Positions 10,397 to 20,193 of a DNA stretch of 64,000 nt are shown here, one piece after another; the first letter of the stretch is position 1, and each line of letters starts with the position of its first letter. The stretch covers positions 224,001 to 288,000 of the forward strand of contig CAWAOD010000014.1 of the NCBI GenBank assembly GCA_963783575.1, given 5' to 3'. Below the pieces are notes generated by a model, which was not told the origin of the DNA, did no database searches, and was given only the letters and a program-made list of their open reading frames with translations. The DNA comes from an uncultured Spirochaetota bacterium (lineage in GTDB: Bacteria > Spirochaetota > Brevinematia > Brevinematales > JAOACQ01). A program made the translations under genes and the position numbers.

Positions 10397-10646
10397 TTAA
10401 ATAAGCGCCGCCCTTCCGCTTCCCGAAATAGGTGATAGCTAACAGTAATCCGGAAAAAAATTAAATTTCAGCAAATCCTTTCATTTTTATTCCCAAAATT
10501 ATTCAGAAATTAAATAAAACAATTAATATAACATTCGATTAATAAATTTTCAAATCCGGTTTTGAATAATGAATTGTTTTGGTATGTATAAATTTACAAT
10601 TTTGCTAAAATAAGTTAAAATATTAATCTGTTTTCAGGGGAAATAG

Positions 10647-12077
10647 ATGATAAAAGAAGAATGCGGAATATTTGGAATATGGGGGATAAGCGAGGCTTCA
10701 AGATACGTATACCTGGGATTAAATTTTTTGCAGCACAGAGGCCAGGAATCCTGTGGAATTGTAAGTACTGAAGGAATTTCTTTATATAAACAGGTCGGAT
10801 TGGGGAAAGTATCGGATTTTTTCGATGAAGCAAAGATAAGTTATCTTGAAGGCTTCCGGGCAATAGGCCATGTCAGATATTCAACGACAGGTTCACCGAC
10901 TCTGGTTAATGCGCAGCCGATAACAGGATCAACCTCAAAAGGTGCGGTAGCGATAGCTCACAATGGTAATATCACAAATGCCGGAATTATCAGAGATAAT
11001 TTATTAAGAAAGGGCAAGAACTTTCATTCAACAAGCGACAGCGAGGTAATTCTTCAGCTTATAGCTGACGCGCCTTCAGACAATCTTGTCGATTCTGTAA
11101 AATGGGCTTTGTCTATCCTACAAGGCTCATTTGCCCTCCTGGTAATGACAAAAGATACAATGATTGCCGTTAGGGACCCGATGGGTTTCCGGCCTCTATC
11201 GATGGGTAAAATTGGAAATAATATCAGCGATATCGGAGATACTATTGTGTTTTCTTCGGAGGATAGCGGGTTTTCCATTGTTGAAGCAGTAAAAATCCGT
11301 GATATTAAACCGAATGAAATGGTTGTTGTGTCGGGAAGTGGGATTACATGTCTGGAGATTTTATCGGAAAAGCCGAAAACCAATCAATGTATTTTCGAGC
11401 TTATATATTTTTCCAAGCCTTCATCGGTTGTTTTTGGAAAGAGTGTTTATGATTACCGTTTTGAAGTCGGTAAAAGACTTGCGAAAGAGCACCCGGTTGA
11501 AGCTGATTTTGTTGTACCTGTTCCAGATTCCGGTATTGTATCTGCATTAGGTTATTCAAAGGAATCCGGGATTCCTATTGCGCTTGGATTAATCAGGAGC
11601 CATTATATCGGGAGAACATTTATAGAGCCTTCGCAAAAAATCCGTGATTTCGGAGTAAAAATGAAATTTATACCGGTTAAAGAAATAATTGAAGGTAAAA
11701 GAATTATCCTAATTGACGATTCTATTGTTAGAGGAACAACATCGAGGAAGATTGTAAAAATGGTAAGGGCTTGCGAACCCAAGGAAATTCACTTCCGTAT
11801 TTCTTCTCCGCCCGTTAAAAACCCCTGCTATTATGGAATAGATTTTTCGACAGCCGAAGAATTGCTTGCTAATAAATTGAATTCCATGCCGGATATAGCA
11901 AACTTTATCGGTGCCGATTCGGTGGGATATGTAAGCATTACGGGATTATTTGAAGAATCCGGTCTTGATATGAATAAATTTTGTAAGGCTTGTTTTGACG
12001 GCATATATCCGACGAAAATAAACAAGTTTACAAAAGGCGGATTTGAGAATGAAATCAAACAGCTCCATATTAAATAA
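10647..12077 (+). CDS. purF: Amidophosphoribosyltransferase
   Basis: EECGIFG, LQHRGQE, GHVRYST and PRPP-binding DDSIVRGTT motifs. Confidence 0.95.
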   Translation: MIKEECGIFGIWGISEASRYVYLGLNFLQHRGQESCGIVSTEGISLYKQVGLGKVSDFFDEAKISYLEGFRAIGHVRYSTTGSPTLVNAQPITGSTSKGAVAIAHNGNITNAGIIRDNLLRKGKNFHSTSDSEVILQLIADAPSDNLVDSVKWALSILQGSFALLVMTKDTMIAVRDPMGFRPLSMGKIGNNISDIGDTIVFSSEDSGFSIVEAVKIRDIKPNEMVVVSGSGITCLEILSEKPKTNQCIFELIYFSKPSSVVFGKSVYDYRFEVGKRLAKEHPVEADFVVPVPDSGIVSALGYSKESGIPIALGLIRSHYIGRTFIEPSQKIRDFGVKMKFIPVKEIIEGKRIILIDDSIVRGTTSRKIVKMVRACEPKEIHFRISSPPVKNPCYYGIDFSTAEELLANKLNSMPDIANFIGADSVGYVSITGLFEESGLDMNKFCKACFDGIYPTKINKFTKGGFENEIKQLHIK

Positions 12078-12633
12078 CAAATTTCAATCGGAAAATACCA
12101 CAAAATTAATTGAAGAAACCATTGAAAGCAGATTAATATACGATAGTGGTAGTTATTCATTTTTTTCGGATAAGATTAAGCTTCCTGATGGCGGGGTTGT
12201 AGATAAAAATTATGTAAAATATCCCGAAGCGGTTGCTATCATCCCTTTTATTAATGAGAATGAGATTATTTTGGTTGAACAATACAGGTACCCGATTAAA
12301 CTTGTTACACTTGAAATCCCTGCAGGTAAAATTGATAATCCCAATGAAGCAAGACATGAAGCCGCTTTAAGAGAACTGCTTGAAGAAACAGGCTACAGGG
12401 CAGAAAGTCTTGAGTATCTTTTTTCTTACTTTCCATGTCCAGGGTATAGCACAGAAATTCTGCATATTCATACTGCTCATGGTTTAATTAAAGAAACACA
12501 ATGCCTTGATCGGGATGAGTTTATTTATGTAAAAATAAGTAAACTTGATGAAGTATTGAATATGATCCGGAAAGGGGAAATTGTAGATTCCAAGACGATT
12601 ATATCTATTTTATACCTGCAATTTAGAAAATAA
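12043..12633 (+). CDS. NUDIX hydrolase (ADP-ribose pyrophosphatase-like)
   Basis: LVEQYRYP, EIPAG...AALRELLEETG Nudix box and DSKT. Start is uncertain because it overlaps the purF end. Confidence 0.88.
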   Translation: MRMKSNSSILNNKFQSENTTKLIEETIESRLIYDSGSYSFFSDKIKLPDGGVVDKNYVKYPEAVAIIPFINENEIILVEQYRYPIKLVTLEIPAGKIDNPNEARHEAALRELLEETGYRAESLEYLFSYFPCPGYSTEILHIHTAHGLIKETQCLDRDEFIYVKISKLDEVLNMIRKGEIVDSKTIISILYLQFRK

Positions 12634-12653
12634 TAGTCAAAACGGCAAGCTTG

Positions 12654-13064
12654 TTAAATAAATAATATATATTTTTTCGCAAGAAAATTAATAACAAACA
12701 CAAACATTGTAGAAATTATTTTTGATTTTAAATAATAAATGTCGGCTTTTTCAGTTAAAAGCCAGATAAAAACTAAATTCAAGCCCAATGCGGCTGATTC
12801 TATCAAAGCAAAAACCGCAAGTTCGGAATAATAATTTTTAAACTTCCTCTTGCTAAAAACCCATTTAATGCTGAGAATATAAATTGTTATCAATCCTAAA
12901 AGATATGCAACGGCTACCGAAATTAGATAATGGATATGAAAAAATTCAGTAAGAATATATAAAAAAGAAAAATCAACAATAAAGGCCAATAATCCAGCCA
13001 TTATTGATCGAACTATCTGTATAATCCAATTATCCGGTTTTTTTTGAAGCAATTCTTTAAACAT
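12654..13064 (-). CDS. GtrA-family flippase-like membrane protein
   Basis: Four TM helices; AFIVDF, KWVFS and NFLAKKY patterns. Confidence 0.85.
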   Translation of the reverse strand: MFKELLQKKPDNWIIQIVRSIMAGLLAFIVDFSFLYILTEFFHIHYLISVAVAYLLGLITIYILSIKWVFSKRKFKNYYSELAVFALIESAALGLNLVFIWLLTEKADIYYLKSKIISTMFVFVINFLAKKYILFI

Positions 13065-13164
13065 AAAAAATGATTTTACTATCCTTATCCAGCTTATGAT
13101 TGACTATTATAATAACATCATTTTAAAGATTAGTAAAATATCGTATTGAAGAATAAGTTTCAAT

Positions 13165-14338
13165 TCATGGGGTTATCAATTTTGTGCCTTTACTTATTGG
13201 CAGGTATATTGTAAACTTACTCCCATTATCTTTTTCGCTTTCAACTTTAATGTCACCGCCATGCTCTTTTACTATTTTATAGACAATCGTTAATCCCAGT
13301 CCAGTTCCATATTCTTTTGTCGTATAATAAGGTTCAAATATTTTTTGTAATTTTTCATTTTCTATACCGATTCCACTGTCGATTATTGATATACCTATAG
13401 AATCGGTACCGATATCATAAAATGTTTTTATCTGTATTTTTTTAATGGTTTTTTTATTGTAATAAGGATAGTTCTTTGACTTAATAGCTTCTATGGCATT
13501 CTTTAGAAGATTCAATATTGCCTGCCTTAAATAATCTTTATCTATAAATATCTTTGGAATAGAGTCTCCATTCACAAATAAGATCAATAGAGTTTTCCTG
13601 AATCTCAGGCTTTATAAAAGCCAGTATTTCTTTAATGTATTCATTAATATCCTCAAAAGATAATTTGAGGTCTCTTTTCCTGGCGGCGGTTAAAAAATCA
13701 TTTACTATATCTATAAGTCTTTTTTGTTCGTCATCAATTATATGAATATAATTAATTACTTCTTCCGGTACTTCTATCATTTTCTTCTCAATCCCTTTTT
13801 TTATAATTTGTGTATGTAAATCTATTGCCGTTAATGGATTCTTAATCTCATGCGCTATTCCGGCGGCTAAATTATTCAATGCTGATATGGATTCCAGGTT
13901 CTTAAGCTGAAATTCCATCCTTTTATTATTTGTTATATCTTTTATTTTTATTATATAAAATTGTCCTTCGGTTGTAATCTTTTCGATAAAAAAATATTGA
14001 TTTCCATTATTTTTATTTATGAATTCCGTTTGATAATCTTCATCAAAAAGAGTTAAAATAATGAAATTCAGTAATTCTAAATTGAAAAAATGTTTCCAGG
14101 CATCTTCAATTGAAAGTGGGATTTTAGGATTTGAGGATTTAAGTACTCTTTGTGCTTCATTATTTAGAAAAACAATCTTATCTTTTTCAATAACAATAAG
14201 AGCATCATCAAGATTATCAAGAATTTGTTTGAATGTTCTTCTTTCATTTTCAACGGATTCAAGATATAATTTAATCTTGGACTCATCAAGCTGAGAAAGT
14301 TTTTCGATGAATTTCTCAAAAAATTTGTTTTTATTCAT
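13165..14338 (-). CDS. Cytoplasmic PAS-HisKA-HATPase sensor kinase (spirochaete Hk2-like), split by an apparent 1-nt insertion
   Basis: AGIAHEIKNPL H-box lies in 13538..14353, and N/G/F boxes (NLLKNAIEA, DSGIGI, FEPYYTTK, GTGLGL) lie in 13165..13587. Removing one base from the run at 13576-13578 joins them (DLIVNGDSIPK). Confidence 0.85.
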
Positions 14339-14434
14339 TGATATCCCTTTCATTTTGGAATATTATTTGCCGATAGACAAAATAATTATTCAGTATTATA
14401 ATATAATAATAAAAATTATGAAAGGGAATATATT

Positions 14435-15319
14435 ATGGCTTTAAAGCAGATACCAAAAGAAAAAAAGGACGCCTATAATTCCATTGTCAAAGATTTAAAA
14501 GAACAGCTTGAAATTGTCTTGAAAAAAGCTCAGAAATATGAGAGAGAGGGGCTGAGGGATTCACAACTGAACTCATTATATAAAAGAGTTGCTGCAAGTA
14601 ATATTTACCTGGATACAGTATTGCTTTACTGTAAAATGAATGAATACAGCCTGCAAATCATGGATATTAAAAATGATCTTTACCTGACAAATGCAAGAAA
14701 GAATATTTATCAATCAATAAAAATGATTGAATCGATTGTCGGTCATTTTGTAGACACATCATTAACTGATAATGCCGAAATTTTATTGAAACTTAATCTT
14801 TTAAGCCCTAAGAGAATTCTTCATCTGGCAAAAAAGATTGAATACAGTATCGCTTTGGTTGAATTATCCGAGGGTGAAAATTCTAAATGGAAGTGGAATT
14901 TTGTTGAAATGTACAGTAAATATGCGACATTGGTAAAAAATTTAATCAATTTCAAGGATTATGTAAACAAGATGTATGATCCAACCATTCCATATTATGA
15001 GGAGATCAATGAATTAATAAAGCTTGTCAAGCAGGCTATTGATTCAGCCGCACAGAAATACAGAACTAAGTACGAATTGAGCACAATGGATGTAGCGGAT
15101 ATGAATAAAGGAATCGAATTGTTAAATTTGTTAATTAGAATATTTATAATTTTTAATGAACAGCAATCTGCACAGGATACAAAAAAGACAGTTGAAAAAT
15201 GGAAGGATAAACTGGAATTGGATTTAAAGAAAAAAGAGGAAGAATTGAAGAAAACTCGTCAGGCTACTCAAAAAGCCGCAACAAGACCCGTCTTTTTCAG
15301 GCCAGCGCCTAAGAAATAA
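14435..15319 (+). CDS. Hypothetical all-helical protein
   Basis: 294-aa ORF with RBS. No catalytic motif recognised. Confidence 0.65.
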   Translation: MALKQIPKEKKDAYNSIVKDLKEQLEIVLKKAQKYEREGLRDSQLNSLYKRVAASNIYLDTVLLYCKMNEYSLQIMDIKNDLYLTNARKNIYQSIKMIESIVGHFVDTSLTDNAEILLKLNLLSPKRILHLAKKIEYSIALVELSEGENSKWKWNFVEMYSKYATLVKNLINFKDYVNKMYDPTIPYYEEINELIKLVKQAIDSAAQKYRTKYELSTMDVADMNKGIELLNLLIRIFIIFNEQQSAQDTKKTVEKWKDKLELDLKKKEEELKKTRQATQKAATRPVFFRPAPKK

Positions 15320-15324
15320 CCTGT

Positions 15325-16185
15325 TTACATTCTTTCTTTGTAAATAAATTTATGTGCGTTTTTCTTAAATATACCTATTAAGTATCTTATTATAATAAGT
15401 AATATAATAAGCAATATCAAGAGTTTTTTATTGAAAATAAGTAATAATATTCCTAATATTGCAAAAACGGAATAAAAGACAATTGGAATATATTTATTTT
15501 TTTTTAATATTTTTTTTTTCAAAAACCCTATATTCTTGATATCCTGTTCTTTTAAAAGTTCTTTTTTGCTTTTTCCCTGGGAGCATTCTATTTTATAATA
15601 TAAATATTCATCATTATTAAAGCTAATTTTTATGATAAAACTTATCTTTTTTATACTAATAAGGATTGAATTATTAATATATTCAATACTTTCGATCTTA
15701 TCATTTATAATACTGCTTACGACAGTATTCAAAGAATTCAATAAGCTCTTTGTAAAACCGATTTTTATTACAAATAAAAGATAAAGAGTTATAAATAAAG
15801 ATAATTTATCATTATCGAGAACCAATCTTGCGGAATCCGTTTTACTTATAGAAAATAAGATTTCGAAATCATTTTTATAATCACCATTATCATTTAAATT
15901 TTCGACTATATATAATGTAAGATTATGTATACTATCATCAATAATAAAACCGATTGAATCATAAGGGAAAAAATATACAGAAGGCGTTATCTCTTTAAAC
16001 ATAATGCCTTCTTCATCCCAGGTTTCACTTGGAGCAAGTGTATTTCCGCCTTCATAGTTTTCAATAATATAATGCTTTAAATAAGGAGAGTCAACAAGAA
16101 ATTTCAATATATTCCATAGTGAAATCAAATTTTCGAATTCACATTCTGTTTTGCCGTTGTTTAAATAATTGATTTTTAAAGGCAT
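15325..16185 (-). CDS. Hypothetical membrane protein
   Basis: 286-aa ORF with one internal and two C-terminal hydrophobic segments. Confidence 0.6.
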   Translation of the reverse strand: MPLKINYLNNGKTECEFENLISLWNILKFLVDSPYLKHYIIENYEGGNTLAPSETWDEEGIMFKEITPSVYFFPYDSIGFIIDDSIHNLTLYIVENLNDNGDYKNDFEILFSISKTDSARLVLDNDKLSLFITLYLLFVIKIGFTKSLLNSLNTVVSSIINDKIESIEYINNSILISIKKISFIIKISFNNDEYLYYKIECSQGKSKKELLKEQDIKNIGFLKKKILKKNKYIPIVFYSVFAILGILLLIFNKKLLILLIILLIIIRYLIGIFKKNAHKFIYKERM

Positions 16186-16397
16186 TTCATCCCCAAATTT
16201 ATTATATTTAATTACGAATATGATAAAATCTAATCACAATTTGTGCAAATTTTTATACTCATAACAACAGGAAAAGTTAGTTATTCCAGGTAAATAAATT
16301 ATTCACTTGTTCCAGGTCAAGATAAGTCTTAATTTGTAATTTTTGGTATTATCCTTTAAAATATATAGGATATAATTTATTGAGTGGAGGAAGTAAA

Positions 16398-19300
16398 ATG
16401 TCAAAATCAATGAAAACGATGGATGGAAATAACGCAGCGTCTTATGTGGCGTATGCTTTTACCGAAGTAGCGTCAATCTATCCCATCACACCGTCATCAA
16501 CCATGGCGGAATTTTGCGATGAATGGGCGGCTAATGGCAAGAAAAATATGTTCGGCGAAGTGCCTAGAATTGTTGAAATGCAATCTGAAGCCGGTGCTGC
16601 AGGAGCAGTTCATGGCTCTCTTCAGACAGGTGCTTTGACTACAACGTTCACAGCATCGCAGGGGTTGTTATTAATGATACCAAATATGTATAAAATCGCC
16701 GGGGAATTATTACCGGGTGTTTTTCATGTTAGCGCCAGAACTGTCGCTGCTCATGCATTATCAATTTTCGGAGATCATTCCGATGTTATGGCGACCAGGC
16801 AGACAGGTTTTGCACTGCTTGCCACAAGTTCCGTACAGGAAATACTGGATCTTTCTCCTGTGGCACATTTAGCGGCGATCAAATCAAGAATCCCGTTTCT
16901 GCATTTCTTCGACGGCTTCAGGACCTCGGCAGAAGTTCAAAAAGCAGAAGTTCTCGATACTGCTGATTTTACAAGTTTAGTAGACAAGGATGCATTGGAT
17001 GCATTCAGGAACCGTTCTCTGAATCCAGAAACTCCAGTAACCCGAGGAACGGCGCAGAATCCAGATGTTTTCTTTCAAGCGAGAGAAGCATGTAACAAAT
17101 TTTATGATGTTGTGCCTGATATTGTTGAAGAATATATGCAGAAAATGTCTAAATTAACAGGCAGGGAATATCATCCTTTTACATATTACGGCGCAAAAGA
17201 TGCGGAAAATATAATTATAGCTATGGGTTCAATATGCGACCTTTCTCATCCGGTTGTGGATTATCTTTTATCAAAGGGAGAAAAGGTAGGATTGATAACG
17301 GTTCATCTATACAGACCGTTTTCTGAAAAGTATCTTTTGAAGGTATTGCCAAAAACGGTTAAGAGAATCGCTGTTCTAGATAGGACAAAAGAGCCGGGCG
17401 CAGGCGGAGAACCGCTATACCTGGATGTAAAAAACATTTTTTATAATAAACCAGGCGCCCCACTGATAGTTGGAGGACGTTACGGTTTGAGCTCAAAGGA
17501 CACAACTCCCGAAGATGTTATAGCTGTTTATAAGAACCTCAAGTTAAAAGAGCCAAAGGATCATTTTACATTAACAATAGTGGATGATGTCACATTTACC
17601 TCTCTGCCTAAGGAATGCCAGTCGGATGGCTGTGTTGATGTATGTCCTGAAGGCACTTTTGAAGCGAAATTCTATGGATTCGGATCGGATGGAACAGTGG
17701 GGGCAAATAAAAACACAATAAAAATCATTGGGGACAGTACAGATTTTTATGTGCAGGCTTATTTTGCCTATGATTCTAAGAAATCAGGCGGTTTAACTGT
17801 ATCCAATCTTAGATTCGGGAAAAAACCTCTCAGGCTGCCATATTATGTAAACAATCCTGACTTTGTGGCATGCCATGCTCCGTCATACCTTGATAAATAC
17901 GATATGCTAAAGGGGCTGAAAAAAGGCGGGACTTTCCTGTTAAACAGTATCTGGGATGAAAATGAAGTTGTAAAACATCTTCCCGATCATATGAAGAAAT
18001 ATCTGGCCGAGAACAATATAAAGTTTTATATTATTGATGCGACAAAAATTGCAGAAGAGTTAGGGCTTGGCGGAAGGACAAACACTATCACTCAATCCTC
18101 ATTTTTTAAACTATCAGGCGTGATTCCTTACGAAAGCGCAATTAAGCAAATGAAAGACGCAATAAAAAAATCTTATGGTAAGAAAGGCGATAAAGTCGTT
18201 TCTATGAATAATGCTGCAGTCGATAAAGGTGGCGAAGTCATTGAAATTAAAGTGCCTTCGGATTGGAAGAATTTAAAAATTGAAAAGGAAAAATTTTCGG
18301 ATAAGCTCCCTGATATTATAAAAGACATTGTGATACCGGTTAACAGGATGAAAGGCGACGATCTTCCAGTCAGTGCATTTGTCGGAAGGGAAGACGGAAC
18401 GCTGCCGATGGGTACATCACAGTATGAAAAGAGAGGCATTGCAGTCAATGTACCTGAATGGGTGGATCAATACTGTATTCAATGCAACCAATGTTCTTTT
18501 GTATGCCCGCACGCCGTAATCAGACCTTTTTTAATTAATGATGAGGAAAAGAAAGCACTTCCGGCCGATATAAAAACACTTAAACCGATTGGGAAAGGAT
18601 TGGAGAATTTTCAGTACAGGCTTCAGGTTAGTGTCCTGGATTGTACTGGGTGTGGCAACTGCGCAGATGTCTGCCCGGGTAAGCAGGGAAATAAAGCCCT
18701 TGTTATGAAGCCTCTTGAATCACAGCTTGAAGAAGCAAAAAATTGGGATTTTATATCAAAGAATGTTACTTATAAAATAGAAGCCGCAGTTAATAAAAAT
18801 GCCGTAAAAGATACACAATTCCTTCAGCCGCTTTTTGAGTTTTCAGGTGCTTGCGGAGGCTGCGGTGAGACATCTTATATTAAAGTAATTACACAGCTTT
18901 TTGGTGAAAGGATGATGGTGGCAAATGCAACAGGCTGTTCGTCTATTTACGGGGGTTCTTTCCCGTCTACTCCATATTGTCTTAACAGTGACGGTAATGG
19001 ACCGGCCTGGGCAAACTCTTTGTTTGAGGATAATGCAGAATACGGCTTCGGTATGACTCTTGCGGATAAGACTATGAAAGAAAAAATAGAGCTTCTGATG
19101 AAAAAAGCAATTTCCGAGGGAGTTTCAGGAGAAATCAAAAACGCCTTTGAGGATTGGATGGCAAACCGTTTGAATGCCGAAAAATCAAAAACTACTTCGA
19201 AAAAGATTAAGGAATTGTTAAAAGGAAAACTGACTGATACCCTTGCAGAAATAGTCAAACTTGAAAAATACCTGGTAAAAAAATCCATATGGGTAATCGG

Positions 19301-19928
19301 CGGCGACGGCTGGGCTTATGATATAGGATATGGCGGATTGGATCATGTGCTTGCTTGTGGAGAGGATATAAATGTTCTTGTTCTTGATACGGAAGTATAT
19401 TCCAACACCGGCGGCCAGTCATCAAAGGCAACTCCTACAGCCGCTATTGCTAAGTTTGCAGCATCGGGAAAGAAAATTAGAAAGAAAGACCTGGGAATGA
19501 TGGCCATCAGTTATGGTTATGTATATGTAGCACAGGTGGCTATTGGTTCAAATAAGGTTCAATTCTTGAAAGCAATTAATGAAGCGGAAAGTTACCCTGG
19601 TCCTTCAATGATTATTGCCTATGCTCCCTGTATAAACCATGGGATATCCGCCGGTATGGGAAAAAGTCAGGAAGAGGAAAAACTCGCTGTTGATGCCGGG
19701 TACTGGCATTTATACAGATATAATCCTTTATTAATAAATGAAGGTAAAAACCCATTTATTCTGGACTCAAAAGAACCAACGGCAAACTTTAGGGAATTTT
19801 TACTTGGAGAAGTAAGGTATTCATCTTTGCTTAAGGCATTTCCGGATAAAGCTGAACAACTGCTGTCTGCTGCTGAACAGAATGCTAAAATCAGATATAA
19901 TAATTATAAGAGATTAGCAGGAATATAA
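16398..19928 (+). CDS. nifJ: Pyruvate:ferredoxin (flavodoxin) oxidoreductase
   Basis: YPITPS, MQSEAGAAG, two 4Fe-4S motifs (CIQCNQCSFVCP, CTGCGNCADVCP) and GGDGWAYDIG. ATG 16398 follows GGAGG. Confidence 0.96.
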   Translation: MSKSMKTMDGNNAASYVAYAFTEVASIYPITPSSTMAEFCDEWAANGKKNMFGEVPRIVEMQSEAGAAGAVHGSLQTGALTTTFTASQGLLLMIPNMYKIAGELLPGVFHVSARTVAAHALSIFGDHSDVMATRQTGFALLATSSVQEILDLSPVAHLAAIKSRIPFLHFFDGFRTSAEVQKAEVLDTADFTSLVDKDALDAFRNRSLNPETPVTRGTAQNPDVFFQAREACNKFYDVVPDIVEEYMQKMSKLTGREYHPFTYYGAKDAENIIIAMGSICDLSHPVVDYLLSKGEKVGLITVHLYRPFSEKYLLKVLPKTVKRIAVLDRTKEPGAGGEPLYLDVKNIFYNKPGAPLIVGGRYGLSSKDTTPEDVIAVYKNLKLKEPKDHFTLTIVDDVTFTSLPKECQSDGCVDVCPEGTFEAKFYGFGSDGTVGANKNTIKIIGDSTDFYVQAYFAYDSKKSGGLTVSNLRFGKKPLRLPYYVNNPDFVACHAPSYLDKYDMLKGLKKGGTFLLNSIWDENEVVKHLPDHMKKYLAENNIKFYIIDATKIAEELGLGGRTNTITQSSFFKLSGVIPYESAIKQMKDAIKKSYGKKGDKVVSMNNAAVDKGGEVIEIKVPSDWKNLKIEKEKFSDKLPDIIKDIVIPVNRMKGDDLPVSAFVGREDGTLPMGTSQYEKRGIAVNVPEWVDQYCIQCNQCSFVCPHAVIRPFLINDEEKKALPADIKTLKPIGKGLENFQYRLQVSVLDCTGCGNCADVCPGKQGNKALVMKPLESQLEEAKNWDFISKNVTYKIEAAVNKNAVKDTQFLQPLFEFSGACGGCGETSYIKVITQLFGERMMVANATGCSSIYGGSFPSTPYCLNSDGNGPAWANSLFEDNAEYGFGMTLADKTMKEKIELLMKKAISEGVSGEIKNAFEDWMANRLNAEKSKTTSKKIKELLKGKLTDTLAEIVKLEKYLVKKSIWVIGGDGWAYDIGYGGLDHVLACGEDINVLVLDTEVYSNTGGQSSKATPTAAIAKFAASGKKIRKKDLGMMAISYGYVYVAQVAIGSNKVQFLKAINEAESYPGPSMIIAYAPCINHGISAGMGKSQEEEKLAVDAGYWHLYRYNPLLINEGKNPFILDSKEPTANFREFLLGEVRYSSLLKAFPDKAEQLLSAAEQNAKIRYNNYKRLAGI

Positions 19929-19949
19929 ATAATTGGTTAGTAATTAATC

Positions 19950-20025
19950 GCGGCTGGCGCTTATCATTCTGCAATTTTAATAGCAATATGATGCAGTATA
20001 GTAAAGGGCCAGCCGCTTATTTATT
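19950..20025 (+). terminator. Long hairpin, probable terminator after PFOR
   Basis: GCGGCTGGC (19950-19958) pairs with GCCAGCCGC (20008-20016) around an inner ATCAT/ATGAT helix, followed by TTATTTATT. Confidence 0.55.
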
Positions 20026-20193
20026 GAATTGATACTAATAATATATAATAATCATTATTGATTTATTAATAAAAAAATGTGAATTTAATATCATCTTATT
20101 TATGCCAGCATCTTTATTGATGCATTCATCTTGATATAATTATAATTCTATTTTAGAATAATTATATGTTTTAAACTGTTTAGAGGTCAGATA

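Noticed and set aside
10400..10460. GC-rich patch before purF as a purine/ZTP riboswitch or attC site
   Set aside because: It lacks the conserved cores and pairing of those elements and is too short to support a call.
16220..16325. Rex operator or direct repeat (TTCCAGGT twice) upstream of PFOR
   Set aside because: Only half-site matches to TTGTGAA-N4-TTCACAA, and the short direct repeat could be chance.
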